From positions 1,696,001 through 1,760,000 of the forward strand of contig OY968762.1 of assembly GCA_963695225.1 (NCBI GenBank): 64,000 bases of DNA, read 5' to 3'. This DNA is from Vulcanimicrobiota bacterium (GTDB taxonomy: Bacteria > Vulcanimicrobiota > Vulcanimicrobiia > Vulcanimicrobiales > Vulcanimicrobiaceae). Shown here in pieces: positions 39,667 to 50,186 of this stretch (position 1 is its first letter; each line of letters opens with the position of its first letter). The notes beneath the pieces were generated by a model. That model saw nothing but the letters and a program-made list of their open reading frames with translations, made no database searches and had not been told where the DNA came from. A program made the position numbers and the translations under genes.

Positions 39667-40086
39667 ATGCCCCGGATGCTGACGGCGCCGACGCCCGCAG
39701 CCTTCGAGCGTTTCGCCGCGGACTTCTCGCGCACGCTGCGCCCCGGCGATTCCGTGGCGCTACGGGGCCCGCTCGGTTCCGGAAAGACGGCGTTCGTCGC
39801 AGCTTCCGTGCGGGAACTCCAAGGGGCCGACAAGGCGTCCAGTCCTACGTTCACGTTCTGGCATCGCTACGAAGGAAGCCCGCCGATCAACCACCTCGAT
39901 CTCTACCGCATCGAAGATCCGGCCGAAGCCGCCGAACTCGGCCTCGAGGATGCGTTCTCGCCCGACGCGATCACGTTCGTCGAATGGCCGGAGCGCTTGC
40001 CGGGCTTCATGCCGCCCGGGGCAATCCGGGTGAGCCTCGAAGGCGCGGGCGACGCCCCGCGCGAGATCGCGATCGAGCGGCCGTGA
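39667..40086 (+). CDS. tsaE: tRNA t6A biosynthesis ATPase TsaE
   Basis: GPLGSGKT, SSPTF, HLDLYR, VEWPE. Confidence 0.9.
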   Translation: MPRMLTAPTPAAFERFAADFSRTLRPGDSVALRGPLGSGKTAFVAASVRELQGADKASSPTFTFWHRYEGSPPINHLDLYRIEDPAEAAELGLEDAFSPDAITFVEWPERLPGFMPPGAIRVSLEGAGDAPREIAIERP

Positions 40087-40736
40087 TCCTGGCATTCGAC
40101 GGAGCCCTCGGAGCGTTCTCCTGCGCCCTCGCCGAGGACGACGGGACGATCCTCGACGCGCGTGTCGCGGCCCCGAATGCGGCCCTCGAAGAGGGCCTCG
40201 GAGCGGTCGCGGATCTGCTCGGCGCGCGCGGTTTCGCCGGTATCCGGCGGATCGCCGTCGGGATCGGGCCGGGCGGCTTCACCGGGCTGCGGATCGCGCT
40301 CTCCTACGCGAAGAGCATCGCATTCGCGCGCGGCCTTCCGCTCGCCGGAATCTCGTCCTACGACGTCCTGGAGCCGGCCGGGGCGGCGCTTCCCTTTCTC
40401 GCCGTCGTCCGCGGGCGTCCCGGAGTCGCATGCGCCCGCATGCGCGAACCAGGCGGCACCGCCGCCGTCTTCTGCGGGAGCGACGGGGAAATCGCCGCGG
40501 CGGCCGCGGCGCGGATCGCTCCCGGAGCGATCGAGTGCGCCGGGGACGCAGAGGGCGTCGTTCGCGCGCTTGGCGAACGCGGCTTCACAGTGCGCGTGAC
40601 GCCACCGCTCGCCGTTCCGCCCGCCGCTCGCATCGCGGCCCTCGCCGCATCGGCGCCCACGGCGCCGAGCCCTCACGCGGTGCGCGCCGATTACGGCGAG
40701 AACCCCGCCGTTCGCGCTCCGGCCGGTCGCCCGTGA
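40083..40736 (+). CDS. tsaB: tRNA t6A biosynthesis protein TsaB
   Basis: GTG start ILAFDG; IAVGIGPGGFTGLRI; lies between tsaE and rimI. Confidence 0.85.
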   Translation: MILAFDGALGAFSCALAEDDGTILDARVAAPNAALEEGLGAVADLLGARGFAGIRRIAVGIGPGGFTGLRIALSYAKSIAFARGLPLAGISSYDVLEPAGAALPFLAVVRGRPGVACARMREPGGTAAVFCGSDGEIAAAAAARIAPGAIECAGDAEGVVRALGERGFTVRVTPPLAVPPAARIAALAASAPTAPSPHAVRADYGENPAVRAPAGRP

Positions 40737-41293
40737 GGGTAGATCTCGAGCGCCCCGCGTCCGGGCCTTCGGGGCGTCTGACGATTCGCCCGATGACCGT
40801 CGCCGACGTTCCCGCGGTGCTGCGCATCGAGGCGCTCTCGTTTAGCACGTCGTGGCCGCAGAACGCGTTCTTGAGCGAGATCAACGACAACAAACTCGCG
40901 CACTACTACGTCGGCCTGCACGACGGCAGGGTGATCGCCTACGGCGGCATCTGGGTGATCTTGGAAGATTCGCACATCACGACGATCGCGGTCCATCCCG
41001 ATTGGCGCGGTAAGCGCTACGGCGAGGAGTTGTTGCAGTTCTTGATTCGCCAAGCGTGCGATCGTGAGGCGTCGTGGATGACGCTCGAAGTGCGGGAATC
41101 GAATTCCTCGGCGCAAGCGCTCTATCGCAAGTATGGTTTCACCGTCGTCTCGACGCGGCGCGGGTACTACAGCGACAACAACGAGAACGCATTCGTGATG
41201 TGGGCCGGGAATCTGCGCGGAGATCTCTACCGCGCGCGTCTGGCGACGCTGGAGGCGGAGCTCGAAGCCCGCCTATCCGGCGGGCTTCGGTGA
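40733..41293 (+). CDS. rimI: Ribosomal protein N-acetyltransferase RimI
   Basis: HITTIAVHPDWRGKRYG, LEVRESN..AQALYRKYGF, RRGYY. Confidence 0.9.
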   Translation: MRVDLERPASGPSGRLTIRPMTVADVPAVLRIEALSFSTSWPQNAFLSEINDNKLAHYYVGLHDGRVIAYGGIWVILEDSHITTIAVHPDWRGKRYGEELLQFLIRQACDREASWMTLEVRESNSSAQALYRKYGFTVVSTRRGYYSDNNENAFVMWAGNLRGDLYRARLATLEAELEARLSGGLR

Positions 41294-41892
41294 CGTTCGG
41301 CGAACTCGCGCGCGGCGTCCGCGCCGAGCTCGGCCGCACGGGGCGGTACGCCCACGTCGTGCGCGTAGCGCGGACCGCGGAGCGTCTCGCGCTCGCATGC
41401 GGGGAATCACCCGCGCGCGCGCGCCTGGCGGGGATGCTGCACGATCTCGCGCGCTCGTATCCGGCGAACCGTTTGCTCGCGGAATGCGAGGCGCGCGGCA
41501 TGCCGGTCGACGCGTTCGAGCGCGCGAATCCGCTCGTGCTGCACGCGCGGCTCTCCGCCGAACTCGCCCGTGAACGCTTCGGCGTGACGGACGAGGGCGT
41601 GCTCGCCGCGATCCGCGCGCACACGCTCGGCGCGCCGGCGATGTCCGGGCTCGAACGGACGCTCTTCCTGGCGGACGCGCTCGAGCCGGGACGCACCTAC
41701 CCGGAACGCGGGGCGCTCCTCGCACTCGCGCTCGTCGATCCGGAGGCCGCGCTGCGCGGGGTCCTCCGTTCGACGCTCGCCTATCTCCGGCTGAGGGGCC
41801 TCGAGCCCGCTCCCCGGACGATCGCGGCGCTCGACCTGCTCGAGCGGGAAGAGGCCGGGACCTCCCAGGCGAAGAGTCCCCTGCGTGCCTGA
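41290..41892 (+). CDS. yqeK: HD-domain Ap4A hydrolase YqeK
   Basis: RYAH, GMLHDLAR, LHA, AIRAHTLG, ADALEPGR; upstream of rsfS. Confidence 0.85.
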   Translation: MTFGELARGVRAELGRTGRYAHVVRVARTAERLALACGESPARARLAGMLHDLARSYPANRLLAECEARGMPVDAFERANPLVLHARLSAELARERFGVTDEGVLAAIRAHTLGAPAMSGLERTLFLADALEPGRTYPERGALLALALVDPEAALRGVLRSTLAYLRLRGLEPAPRTIAALDLLEREEAGTSQAKSPLRA

Positions 41893-42232
41893 GTTGCTCG
41901 ATATCGTCCGCGCGGCGGCCCTCGAAAAGAAGGCGGAGGACCTGACGGTCCTCGACGTTCGCGGGCGCACGATCGTCGCCGATTACTTCGTGATCGCCAC
42001 AGGCCGCTCGCGGGTCCAGACGCGCGCGATCGCGGATGCGATCGACGAAGCCGCGAAGGCGAGCGGCCTCCGCGTGGTGCGGACCGAAGGGTACGTCGAC
42101 GGCGGCTGGATCTTGCTCGATCTCGCCACGGTCGTCGTGCACGTCTTCACCCCGGACCAACGTGCCTTTTATAACCTCGAGCGCCTATGGGGCCGCCCCG
42201 CGGCGCCTGCCCAAGAATCGTCCTCCGCATGA
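41885..42232 (+). CDS. rsfS: Ribosome silencing factor
   Basis: KKAED, DYFVIATG, WILLDL..VVVHVF..R.FYNLERLW. Confidence 0.93.
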   Translation: MPELLDIVRAAALEKKAEDLTVLDVRGRTIVADYFVIATGRSRVQTRAIADAIDEAAKASGLRVVRTEGYVDGGWILLDLATVVVHVFTPDQRAFYNLERLWGRPAAPAQESSSA

Positions 42233-42354
42233 AAACTCGTAAAGCGCGCCAGTCCCGGGAAAAACTCATCAAGGCCTTCGTCTGGGTCTTCCTGGGCGTC
42301 TTCATCTTCAGCGCCGTCGGGGTCGCCATGATCATCGTGGTGCCGCACAACTAG
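42229..42354 (+). CDS. 41-aa single-TM small protein (not in ORF track)
   Basis: ATGA overlap with rsfS stop; MKTRKARQSREKLIKAFVWVFLGVFIFSAVGVAMIIVVPHN. Confidence 0.6.
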   Translation: MKTRKARQSREKLIKAFVWVFLGVFIFSAVGVAMIIVVPHN

Positions 42355-42485
42355 GGTAAGCCCCGAGCCGGAAACCTTTGGCGCGCTCCGCAGTAAGAGG
42401 AGACGTGCCGCCTCGCTTCAAGTTCCCGGCCCTCGAACCGGCGCAACGCGCCGGGCGGCAGCATTACCATCCAACAAGGAGCACG

Positions 42486-43487
42486 ATGAAGCGCTTCATC
42501 GCGATCGCCGCGACGGCGGTCGCCACGTTGTCCTTGGCCCTCCCGGCCGCCGCGCGCGACTCGTTCGTGCAGGACGACGCGCACCTCTTCAAAGCCGACA
42601 CCGTCACGACGCTCAACGAACGGATCGGCGACTTCAACCGCACCACCGGGAAGGAGGTCGTGGTCGTCACGGTCCCCTCGCTGGGCGGGAAGACGGCACA
42701 GGATGTTGCCGAGAAGGCCTTCGCCGAAAAACAGGTCAACGGCGTTCTGATCTTCCTCGCGAAGGCGGAGAAGAAAGACGGGATCATCGGGGACCGCGCC
42801 GCCAAGCAGTTCTTCCCGGCGGGGACCTTCGACGATATCCGCACGGCGATGCGCGGCGATTTCCGGACGGGCGATTTCGACTCCGGGATCAAGACCGGCG
42901 TCAACCTCGTCCTCGATAACTACCGCTCGCACGAGTCGGCCCTCGGCGGCGCCCGCTACCCCGCGCTTGGGCACCCCCAGCCGGTCGTGACGACGACGAA
43001 GTCGTCCGTTGGAGGTTTCGGAATGTTCGGCATGTTCTGGCTCATCTTGATCCTGCTCGTCGGGTTCCTGATCATTCGCGCGATCTTCCGCGCGATCGCA
43101 GGTCCCCGCCCGATGCCGCCGGGCTACGGCGGACCGATGCAGCAGGGTCCCGGCTACGGTCCGGGATACGGCCCCGGCTACGGCGGCTACGGTCCCGGGT
43201 ACGGCGGCGGCGGCGGGTTCTTCAGCGGCCTCCTCGGCGGTCTAGGCGGCGCGTGGCTCGGAAACGAGCTGTTCGGGCACAACCGCAGCGGCGAGATCGG
43301 GACGAACGCCGCCGACCTCTCCGGCTCCCAGCAATACCAGCAGCCCGACCAGAGCGGCTGGCAATCCGACGCGGGCCAGGCCGACATGAGCAACTCGTCG
43401 TTCGGCGATTGGGGCTCGGGCGGGGACGGCGGCGGGTTCGATGCCGGCGGCGGGGACGGCGGCGGCGGCGGAGACGGCGGCTGGTAG
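42486..43487 (+). CDS. TPM domain protein with Gly-rich tail
   Basis: AAGGAG RBS, signal peptide, VQDDAHLF, VVVVTVPSL, NGVLIFLA, TM helix, GPGY repeats and GGDGGGW tail. Confidence 0.85.
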   Translation: MKRFIAIAATAVATLSLALPAAARDSFVQDDAHLFKADTVTTLNERIGDFNRTTGKEVVVVTVPSLGGKTAQDVAEKAFAEKQVNGVLIFLAKAEKKDGIIGDRAAKQFFPAGTFDDIRTAMRGDFRTGDFDSGIKTGVNLVLDNYRSHESALGGARYPALGHPQPVVTTTKSSVGGFGMFGMFWLILILLVGFLIIRAIFRAIAGPRPMPPGYGGPMQQGPGYGPGYGPGYGGYGPGYGGGGGFFSGLLGGLGGAWLGNELFGHNRSGEIGTNAADLSGSQQYQQPDQSGWQSDAGQADMSNSSFGDWGSGGDGGGFDAGGGDGGGGGDGGW

Positions 43488-43489
43488 CC

Positions 43490-44146
43490 TCACCGTAGAC
43501 TGACGTAGGCGGCGAGCGCATCGAGCTTGCGCTCGTTCATCCCCGCAACGTCGAGCAAATCATCGAGCCTCGCGAAACGGCCGTTGACCTCCCTGAAGGC
43601 GACGATCCGCTCCGCGAGGCTCGCTCCTATTCCGGGAAGGCGTTCGAGTTCGGCGGCCCCCGCCGCGTTCAGGTCGATCGGCGCCGCCGGGAGTGCCTTG
43701 TGCGATCTCGCCGTGCTGCGGCCGCCTCGATGCGAGCGGCGCGCGTGGCCCCCGCTCCCCCGGGCGCGCGGCTCGGCGGCCGCGCCCTTCGGCGGTACGA
43801 CGAAGGCTTCGCCGTCTGAGAGGCGTTCGGCGAGGTTGACGGCGACGAGGTCGGCCGTCGGGCCGGCGCCGCCCGCCGCCGCGAGCGCCGCCTCGGCCCG
43901 CGCGCTCGCAGGCAACGTGTAGACGCCGGGTTTGCGCACCTCGCCCGCGACGTAGACGACGATGCGCGCGGGCGAGGCCTGCGCGGCGGGTGCGCCCGAC
44001 GGCACGGGGAGAGCCTCCCGGACGGCGCCCGAGGAAGCCTGCGCCGCGTACGGCGGGGTGGAGGGTTGCGGGGCGAGATTCCGCCAGCCGGCGACGGCGG
44101 CCGCGGCGCCGACGATGCCGACGAGCAAGAGCGTGCGTCGTTCCAT
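43490..44146 (-). CDS. comEA: Competence DNA-binding protein ComEA
   Basis: N-terminal TM, VYVAGEVRKPGVY (SLBB), IDLNAA..ELERLPGIG..LAERIV.FR (HhH). Confidence 0.88.
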   Translation of the reverse strand: MERRTLLLVGIVGAAAAVAGWRNLAPQPSTPPYAAQASSGAVREALPVPSGAPAAQASPARIVVYVAGEVRKPGVYTLPASARAEAALAAAGGAGPTADLVAVNLAERLSDGEAFVVPPKGAAAEPRARGSGGHARRSHRGGRSTARSHKALPAAPIDLNAAGAAELERLPGIGASLAERIVAFREVNGRFARLDDLLDVAGMNERKLDALAAYVSLR

Positions 44147-44251
44147 GCACGGCCATCGCGACGCGGGCGCCGGTTCGCTAGGGCTTGGCGCGAGAGCGAT
44201 ACCGCACCGATGTGAAATGCATCCAATGCGCAAAAGTTGAAAAGGGCGCGC

Positions 44252-46753
44252 ATGGTCGACGAACGTCCCCCTCAGACATACGATTTCCGCGCGGTCGAAC
44301 GGCGCCGGCAGGACGAATGGGAGCGCAACGCGCTCTACCGTGCCGACGATTCCGATCCGCGCGAGAAGTATTACGTACTCGAGATGCTCCCGTACCCTTC
44401 GGGCGATCTGCACGTCGGCCACGCGAAGAACTACACGCTCGGCGATTCCGTCGCGCGGATGATGCGGATGCGCGGGTACAAGGTGATGCACCCGATGGGG
44501 TGGGACGCGTTCGGGCTCCCAGCCGAGAACGCCGCGATCAAATCCGGCGCCGATCCCGCGAAGTGGACGTACGACAACATCGCCAACATGCAGCGGCAGG
44601 TCCGCCTGATCGGGACGAGCTACGATTGGGCGCGGGAGATCGCGAGCTGCGACCCCGAGTACTACCGCTGGAATCAGTGGATCTTCTTGCGGATGTACGA
44701 GGACGGGCTCGCGTACAAGCGCGAGGCCCCGGTCAATTGGTGCCCGCAAGACCAGACCGTGCTCGCGAACGAGCAGGTCGAGGACGGTCGCTGTTGGCGC
44801 TGCGGAAGCATGGTCGAACGCCGCAACCTCTCGCAATGGTTCTTCGCGATCACGGCCTACGCCGATAGACTGCTCGCCGGGATCGACGCCCTCCCCGGCT
44901 GGCCCGACCGCATCAAGACGATGCAACGCAACTGGATCGGCCGCAGCGAGGGGACGACGTTCTCCTTCGGCGTCGAGGGGCTCGACGAGCGAATCTCCGT
45001 CTACACGACGCGCGTCGACACGATCTTCGGCGTCACGTACGTCACGCTCGCCCCGGAACATCCGCTCGTCCCCAAGCTCGTGGCGGCGCATTCCGCCGAG
45101 CGCGCCTCGGTCGAAGCGTTCGCCGAGTCGCTCAAGACGAAATCGGAACTCGAGCGCACGAGCTTGATGGAGAAGGCCGGCGTCTTCACGGGCGCCTACG
45201 CGAAACATCCGCTCACGGGCGAGCGGGTCCCGATCTGGGTCGCGAATTACGTCCTCGCCGAGTACGGGACGGGCGCCGTCATGGGCGTCCCCGGGCACGA
45301 TCAGCGCGATTTCGATTTCGCGAAAAAGTTCGGCTTGCCGATCGTCCGCGTCAACGTCCCGCCGGGCGTCGCGGCGGACGCCGTCCTCGCGGCCGCGGAC
45401 GAGGACGAGGACGGGCGCACGCTCGTCGCGAGCGGCGCATTCGACGGGCTCGGCACGGCCGAGGCGCGCGGCGCGATCACGGATCGGCTGGCGAGCCTCG
45501 GCATCGGAGAACTGACGGTCAATTTCCGCATCCGCGATTGGCTGCTCTCTCGGCAGCGCTACTGGGGCACGCCGATCCCGATCGTCTACTGCGAGAAGGA
45601 CGGCGAGGTCCCCGTTCCGGACTCGGCGCTCCCCGTGCTGCTGCCGACGAACATCCCGATCACGGGCGAAGGCTCGCCGCTCGCGCGGTACGAGCCGTTC
45701 ATGCAGACGACCTGTCCGAAGTGCGGCGGCCCCGCGCGGCGCGATCCCGATACGATGGACACGTTCGTCGATTCGTCCTGGTATTACGTCCGCTATCTCG
45801 ACGCGCACAACGACCGCGCTCCTTTCGACCCCGAGCGGGTGAAGGTCTGGACGAACGTCGATCAATACATCGGCGGGGCGGAGCACGCCGTGCTGCATTT
45901 GCTCTACGCGCGCTTCTTCTATATGTACTTCCACGACAAGGGCTGGATCGGCGGACGGGACGAGCCGTTCGAGCGCCTCTTCAATCAGGGCATGGTGCTG
46001 CGCAACGGCGAGAAAATGTCCAAGAGCCGCGGGAACGTCGTCGGGATCGACCACACCGCCCAAACGTACGGCGTCGACGCGATGCGGCTGTTCCTGCTCA
46101 AAGCGACGCCCCCCGAAGATACGATGGACTGGACGGACGAGGGGATCAGCGGGCGCGTCCGCTTCCTCGACCGCGTTTGGCGCGCGTGCGATCCCTACGG
46201 GGCCGCCGCGCGCGCCGTACCGCTCGACCGCCTTCCGGAGATGCGCGGCGCCGAGCAACGGGAACTCGTTCGGGCCGTCCACGCCGCCCTGAAATCCGGG
46301 GCCGACGAGACGACCTCGCGCCGTTTCCACTTCAACACGACGCTCGCGCGCTTCGACGAGCTCGTGAACGCGCTGACGAAGTTCGCGCAGACGGAGGGCG
46401 CCGCGACGGACCCCGCCTTCCTCTATGCGGTCGGGATGTTCCCGCTGCTGCTCGCTCCGTTCGCGCCGCACATCGCCGAGGAACTGTGGGAGCGCATGGG
46501 GCACGAGCGCTCCGTCCATCTCGAGCGCTGGCCGAATCACGACGAGGCGGCGCTCGCCGTCGCCGAGATCGAGTTCGTCGTGCAGATCAACGGGAAGATC
46601 CGCGCTCGGATCGCAACCGCGCCCGGGCTCGACGAAGCGGCCGCCCTCGCGCTCGCACTCGAAAACGCGCACGTGCGTGCGAACCTCGACGGCAAACAGA
46701 TCCGCAAGCGGATCTACGTCCCCGACAAACTCCTCAACCTCGTCGTCGGCTGA
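44252..46753 (+). CDS. leuS: Leucine--tRNA ligase
   Basis: PYPSGDLHVGH, GTGAVMGVPGHDQRD, SRQRYWGTPIP, KMSKS. Confidence 0.97.
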   Translation: MVDERPPQTYDFRAVERRRQDEWERNALYRADDSDPREKYYVLEMLPYPSGDLHVGHAKNYTLGDSVARMMRMRGYKVMHPMGWDAFGLPAENAAIKSGADPAKWTYDNIANMQRQVRLIGTSYDWAREIASCDPEYYRWNQWIFLRMYEDGLAYKREAPVNWCPQDQTVLANEQVEDGRCWRCGSMVERRNLSQWFFAITAYADRLLAGIDALPGWPDRIKTMQRNWIGRSEGTTFSFGVEGLDERISVYTTRVDTIFGVTYVTLAPEHPLVPKLVAAHSAERASVEAFAESLKTKSELERTSLMEKAGVFTGAYAKHPLTGERVPIWVANYVLAEYGTGAVMGVPGHDQRDFDFAKKFGLPIVRVNVPPGVAADAVLAAADEDEDGRTLVASGAFDGLGTAEARGAITDRLASLGIGELTVNFRIRDWLLSRQRYWGTPIPIVYCEKDGEVPVPDSALPVLLPTNIPITGEGSPLARYEPFMQTTCPKCGGPARRDPDTMDTFVDSSWYYVRYLDAHNDRAPFDPERVKVWTNVDQYIGGAEHAVLHLLYARFFYMYFHDKGWIGGRDEPFERLFNQGMVLRNGEKMSKSRGNVVGIDHTAQTYGVDAMRLFLLKATPPEDTMDWTDEGISGRVRFLDRVWRACDPYGAAARAVPLDRLPEMRGAEQRELVRAVHAALKSGADETTSRRFHFNTTLARFDELVNALTKFAQTEGAATDPAFLYAVGMFPLLLAPFAPHIAEELWERMGHERSVHLERWPNHDEAALAVAEIEFVVQINGKIRARIATAPGLDEAAALALALENAHVRANLDGKQIRKRIYVPDKLLNLVVG

Positions 46754-46783
46754 CGCGAGAATCCGGCGAAGAGGCTGCCCGGC

Positions 46784-47860
46784 GTGATACACGCGATGAC
46801 GACCGACGACATACGAATCCGCGAGCTCAAAGAGCTCGTCACCCCCGAAGAGTTGATGGGCGAGCTGCCCTGCTCCCCCGAGGCGTCGCGGGTGACGCGG
46901 GCCGCGCGCGCGCGACTCCACGATATCCTGCACGGCACGGACGACCGGCTCATCGTCGTGATCGGCCCGTGCTCGATCCACGATCCGCTCGCCGCGCTCG
47001 ATTACGCGACGCGGCTCGCCCCGTACCGGGAGAGGCTCGCGGGCGAGCTCGAGATCGTCATGCGCGTCTACTTCGAGAAGCCGCGGACGACGGTCGGCTG
47101 GAAGGGCATGATCAACGACCCGCAGATGGACGAGACGTACAACATCAACGACGGTCTGTACGTCGCGCGATCGTTGTTGCTCGGCCTGTGCGACCTCGGC
47201 GTCCCGGCCGGGACGGAATACCTCGAGACGATCGGCCCGCAGTACATCGCCGATCTGATCTCATGGGGCGCGATCGGCGCCCGCACGACGGAATCACAGG
47301 TGCACCGGGAGCTGGCCTCCGGGGTTTCGTGCCCCGTCGGCTTCAAGAACGGGACGGAAGGGAACATCAAGATCGCCATCGACGCGATCCAGGCGGCGAG
47401 CCGGCCGCACCACTTCCTCGGCGTCACGAAAGGCGGGCGTTCGGCGATCTTCTCGACGACGGGGAACGACGATTGCCACCTTATCCTGCGGGGAGGGCGG
47501 CAGCCGAACTACGACGCGCGGAGCGTCGACGAGGTCGCGCGCGCGCTCGAGAAGGCGCATCTGCCCGCGCGCCTGATGGTCGACGCGAGCCACGCGAACA
47601 GCCGCAAGGAATACGCGAATCAGATCCCGATCTGCGAAGACATCGCGCTGCGTATCGCCCGCGGAGAGCGGCGCATCGTCGGCGTCATGATCGAATCGAA
47701 TCTCCTCGCCGGGCGGCAAGACCACGTCGCCGGCAAACCGCTCGTCTACGGGCGGAGCGTGACCGACGCGTGCCTGGGCTGGGAAGACTCGGCCGTCCTG
47801 CTCGAACGCTTGGCAGCCGCCGTATCGCAACGGCGCGCCGCGCCCGAAGCGCACGTCTAG
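46784..47860 (+). CDS. 3-deoxy-7-phosphoheptulonate (DAHP) synthase, AroF/G/H type
   Basis: GPCSIHD, MRVYFEKPRTTVGWKG, GARTTESQVHRE, DASHANS. Confidence 0.95.
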   Translation: MIHAMTTDDIRIRELKELVTPEELMGELPCSPEASRVTRAARARLHDILHGTDDRLIVVIGPCSIHDPLAALDYATRLAPYRERLAGELEIVMRVYFEKPRTTVGWKGMINDPQMDETYNINDGLYVARSLLLGLCDLGVPAGTEYLETIGPQYIADLISWGAIGARTTESQVHRELASGVSCPVGFKNGTEGNIKIAIDAIQAASRPHHFLGVTKGGRSAIFSTTGNDDCHLILRGGRQPNYDARSVDEVARALEKAHLPARLMVDASHANSRKEYANQIPICEDIALRIARGERRIVGVMIESNLLAGRQDHVAGKPLVYGRSVTDACLGWEDSAVLLERLAAAVSQRRAAPEAHV

Positions 47861-47869
47861 GCGGCCGCC

Positions 47870-48229
47870 GTGCCGGAGTTCGAGCACCTGCAACTCTCGA
47901 CGACGGCCCCGACGCGCGACGACGCGGAGCGGATCGCCGGCGCGCTGCTCGAAGCGCGGCTCGCCGCCTGCGGGCAGATCCTCGGCCCGCTGACAAGCCG
48001 TTACCGGTGGCGCGGCGCGCTCGAACGCAGCGAAGAATACCTCCTGCTCCTGAAGGTGCGCGCGACGGACTACGCGGCGTGCGAGCGCGCGATTCGCGAC
48101 GTCCACCCGTACGAAACGCCGGAGATCATCGCCGTCCCGATCGTCGCCGGATCGGCGGACTATCTCGCCTGGATCGACGAGAACGCCGCGGGATCCGCAG
48201 CCCCCGTTCAGACCTCCTTCGACTCGTAG
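47870..48229 (+). CDS. cutA: Divalent-cation tolerance protein CutA
   Basis: RLAAC, SRYRW.G, HPYETPEII, YLAWI. Confidence 0.9.
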   Translation: MPEFEHLQLSTTAPTRDDAERIAGALLEARLAACGQILGPLTSRYRWRGALERSEEYLLLLKVRATDYAACERAIRDVHPYETPEIIAVPIVAGSADYLAWIDENAAGSAAPVQTSFDS

Positions 48230-48519
48230 AGATACATAGAGGCCCCGCCCGTCGCGAACTTCGCGACGTCGGCCGCCGTTTCGGCACCTTCCGGGGACGC
48301 GAGCGCGCGCTGCACGTCGGCGCTCGAATCGAACGTCAAATCGGCGATCAGATAATGCGGAGCAGGTTCGCCGCCGAGTTCGGTCACCGGCGTCGCCGAA
48401 ACGGTGTAGCCGAGCAGGCCGGGGAGCCGCTTCGCGATCGGAACGTGCGTTTCGAAATAGTAGCGGTCGAAAGCGGCGGGATCCTCAGGGTGATTGTAGA
48501 GCACGAGCACGTGAACCAC
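48208..48519 (-). CDS. EthD family protein
   Basis: [33 protein letters not shown]. Confidence 0.85.
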   Translation of the reverse strand: MVHVLVLYNHPEDPAAFDRYYFETHVPIAKRLPGLLGYTVSATPVTELGGEPAPHYLIADLTFDSSADVQRALASPEGAETAADVAKFATGGASMYLYESKEV

Positions 48520-48733
48520 GATACAGCTCCTTCCGCCGTCGCGGCGCGCGCCGCTCCGGCCGGGATCGCAGATATGCCTCAGTATGCATGGTTCGCCCGG
48601 CCGGCGCTACGCCTCCCCGCCGGCCGCGCGCGCAGGAAATACGAGACGGGCCGCGTTAGCTTCATCCGGCGCAGCGTTCCGCCGGCGCGCGGCCGCCGGA
48701 GGCGGCGCCATCCCAAGTTTGGATAGGATCATC

Positions 48734-50173
48734 TTGAAGCAACTCGAGAAGACGTCACTGTTCGTCGCCGGTTCGTTCGTCGCGGGCGACGGAGCGGAAG
48801 AAACGATCGCGAATCCGGCGACCGGCGAAACGATCGCCTCGGCACCGGAAGCCTCTCCGCAACAAATCGATCTGGCGGTCGCGGCCGCCGGCAAGGCGTT
48901 CGAGACCTGGTCGCGCACCGCGCCCGTCGAGCGCTCGCTTCGCCTGCTGAAACTCGCCGATCGCATCGAAGCCGAAGCGGAAGCGTTCGCGCGCCTCGAG
49001 AGCCTCAACTGCGGGAAGCCGTATGCGCGCGTCCTCGCCGACGAGATGCCCGCGATCGTCGATTGCTTCCGCTTCTTCGCCGGCGCTTTGCGCTGCATGC
49101 CGGGGAGCGCCGCAGGCGAGTATCTCGACGGCCACACAAGCATGATCCGGCGCGACCCGGTCGGAGTCGTCGCGTCGATCGCGCCGTGGAACTATCCGCT
49201 GATGATGGCAGCGTGGAAGATCGCGCCCGCGCTCGCGGCCGGCAACACGATCGTGCTCAAACCCTCGGAGCACACTCCCCTGACCGCGATCAAGTTGATG
49301 GAACTCGTCGCCGAGATCTTCCCGGAAGGCGTCTGCAACGTCGTCCTCGGTCGGGGCGAGAGCGTCGGCTCGGCGCTGATCTCGCATCCGGCCGTCCACA
49401 TGATTTCGCTGACCGGCGACATCTCGACGGGCCGCAAAGTGATCGAGGCCGCGCGCGCGACGATCAAGCGCACGCATCTGGAGCTCGGCGGGAAGGCGCC
49501 GGTCATCGTGTTCGACGACGCCGACGTGGACGCGGTCGTCGAAGCGGTTCGCGCGTTCGGCTATTACAACGCCGGGCAGGACTGTACCGCCGCGTGCCGC
49601 GTTTACGCCGGCTCGCAGGTGTACGACCGGCTGACGGCCGCACTCGCCGAGGCCGTCAAGGGCATAAAATACGGCACGCAGGACGAAGAAGGCGTTGAGA
49701 TCGGGCCGGTCATCACCGAACGGCAGCGCACGCGCGTCTCGGGATTCGTCGACCGGGCGCGCGCGCTCGAGCACATCGAAATCCTCGCCGGGGGAAATCC
49801 CGTCGAAGGCGGCGGCTTCTTCTACGAGCCGACGCTGATCGCGGGGGCGCGGCAGAGCGACGAGATCGTGCAGCGCGAGGTCTTCGGGCCCGTCGTCTCC
49901 GTGACGCGTTTCTCCGACGACGACGACGTCGTCGCATGGGCAAACGATTCGCAGTACGGTTTGGCCTCGTCGGTCTGGACGCGCGACGTCGGGCGGGCGA
50001 TGCAGACCGCGAGCCGCCTGCGCTACGGCTGCACCTGGATCAACACGCATTTCATGCTCGCGAGCGAAATGCCGCACGGCGGCCTGAAGTCGTCGGGCTA
50101 CGGCAAGGACCTCTCGGCGTACGCATTGGAGGACTATTCGGTCGTCCGTCACGTGATGGTGAAACTCTCGTGA
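48734..50173 (+). CDS. patD: Gamma-aminobutyraldehyde dehydrogenase (PatD/YdcW-like)
   Basis: [46 protein letters not shown]; probable TTG start 48734. Confidence 0.85.
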   Translation: MKQLEKTSLFVAGSFVAGDGAEETIANPATGETIASAPEASPQQIDLAVAAAGKAFETWSRTAPVERSLRLLKLADRIEAEAEAFARLESLNCGKPYARVLADEMPAIVDCFRFFAGALRCMPGSAAGEYLDGHTSMIRRDPVGVVASIAPWNYPLMMAAWKIAPALAAGNTIVLKPSEHTPLTAIKLMELVAEIFPEGVCNVVLGRGESVGSALISHPAVHMISLTGDISTGRKVIEAARATIKRTHLELGGKAPVIVFDDADVDAVVEAVRAFGYYNAGQDCTAACRVYAGSQVYDRLTAALAEAVKGIKYGTQDEEGVEIGPVITERQRTRVSGFVDRARALEHIEILAGGNPVEGGGFFYEPTLIAGARQSDEIVQREVFGPVVSVTRFSDDDDVVAWANDSQYGLASSVWTRDVGRAMQTASRLRYGCTWINTHFMLASEMPHGGLKSSGYGKDLSAYALEDYSVVRHVMVKLS

Positions 50174-50186
50174 CGCCGGCATCCGC

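Noticed and set aside
31393..39682. Long antisense or off-frame ORFs over clpB, the RMD1-like gene and gyrA (644, 749, 693 aa)
   Set aside because: These are stop-poor shadow frames typical of GC-rich coding DNA.
39667..41293. tsaE-tsaB-rimI without tsaD, and yqeK without nadD
   Set aside because: This is ordinary gene-order variation; the missing genes are probably elsewhere in the genome.
43140..43215. Short tandem repeats that could look like an array
   Set aside because: They are coding GPGY/Gly-rich low-complexity repeats within the TPM protein, not a CRISPR or non-coding array.
43490..46981. 1163-aa minus-strand ORF
   Set aside because: It is mostly the antisense shadow of leuS in a high-GC genome; only the last 218 codons (comEA, from ATG 44146) are real.
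45538..48726. 1062-aa plus-strand ORF
   Set aside because: It is an Arg/Ala-rich off-frame overlap of leuS, the DAHP synthase and cutA, with no recognisable motifs.
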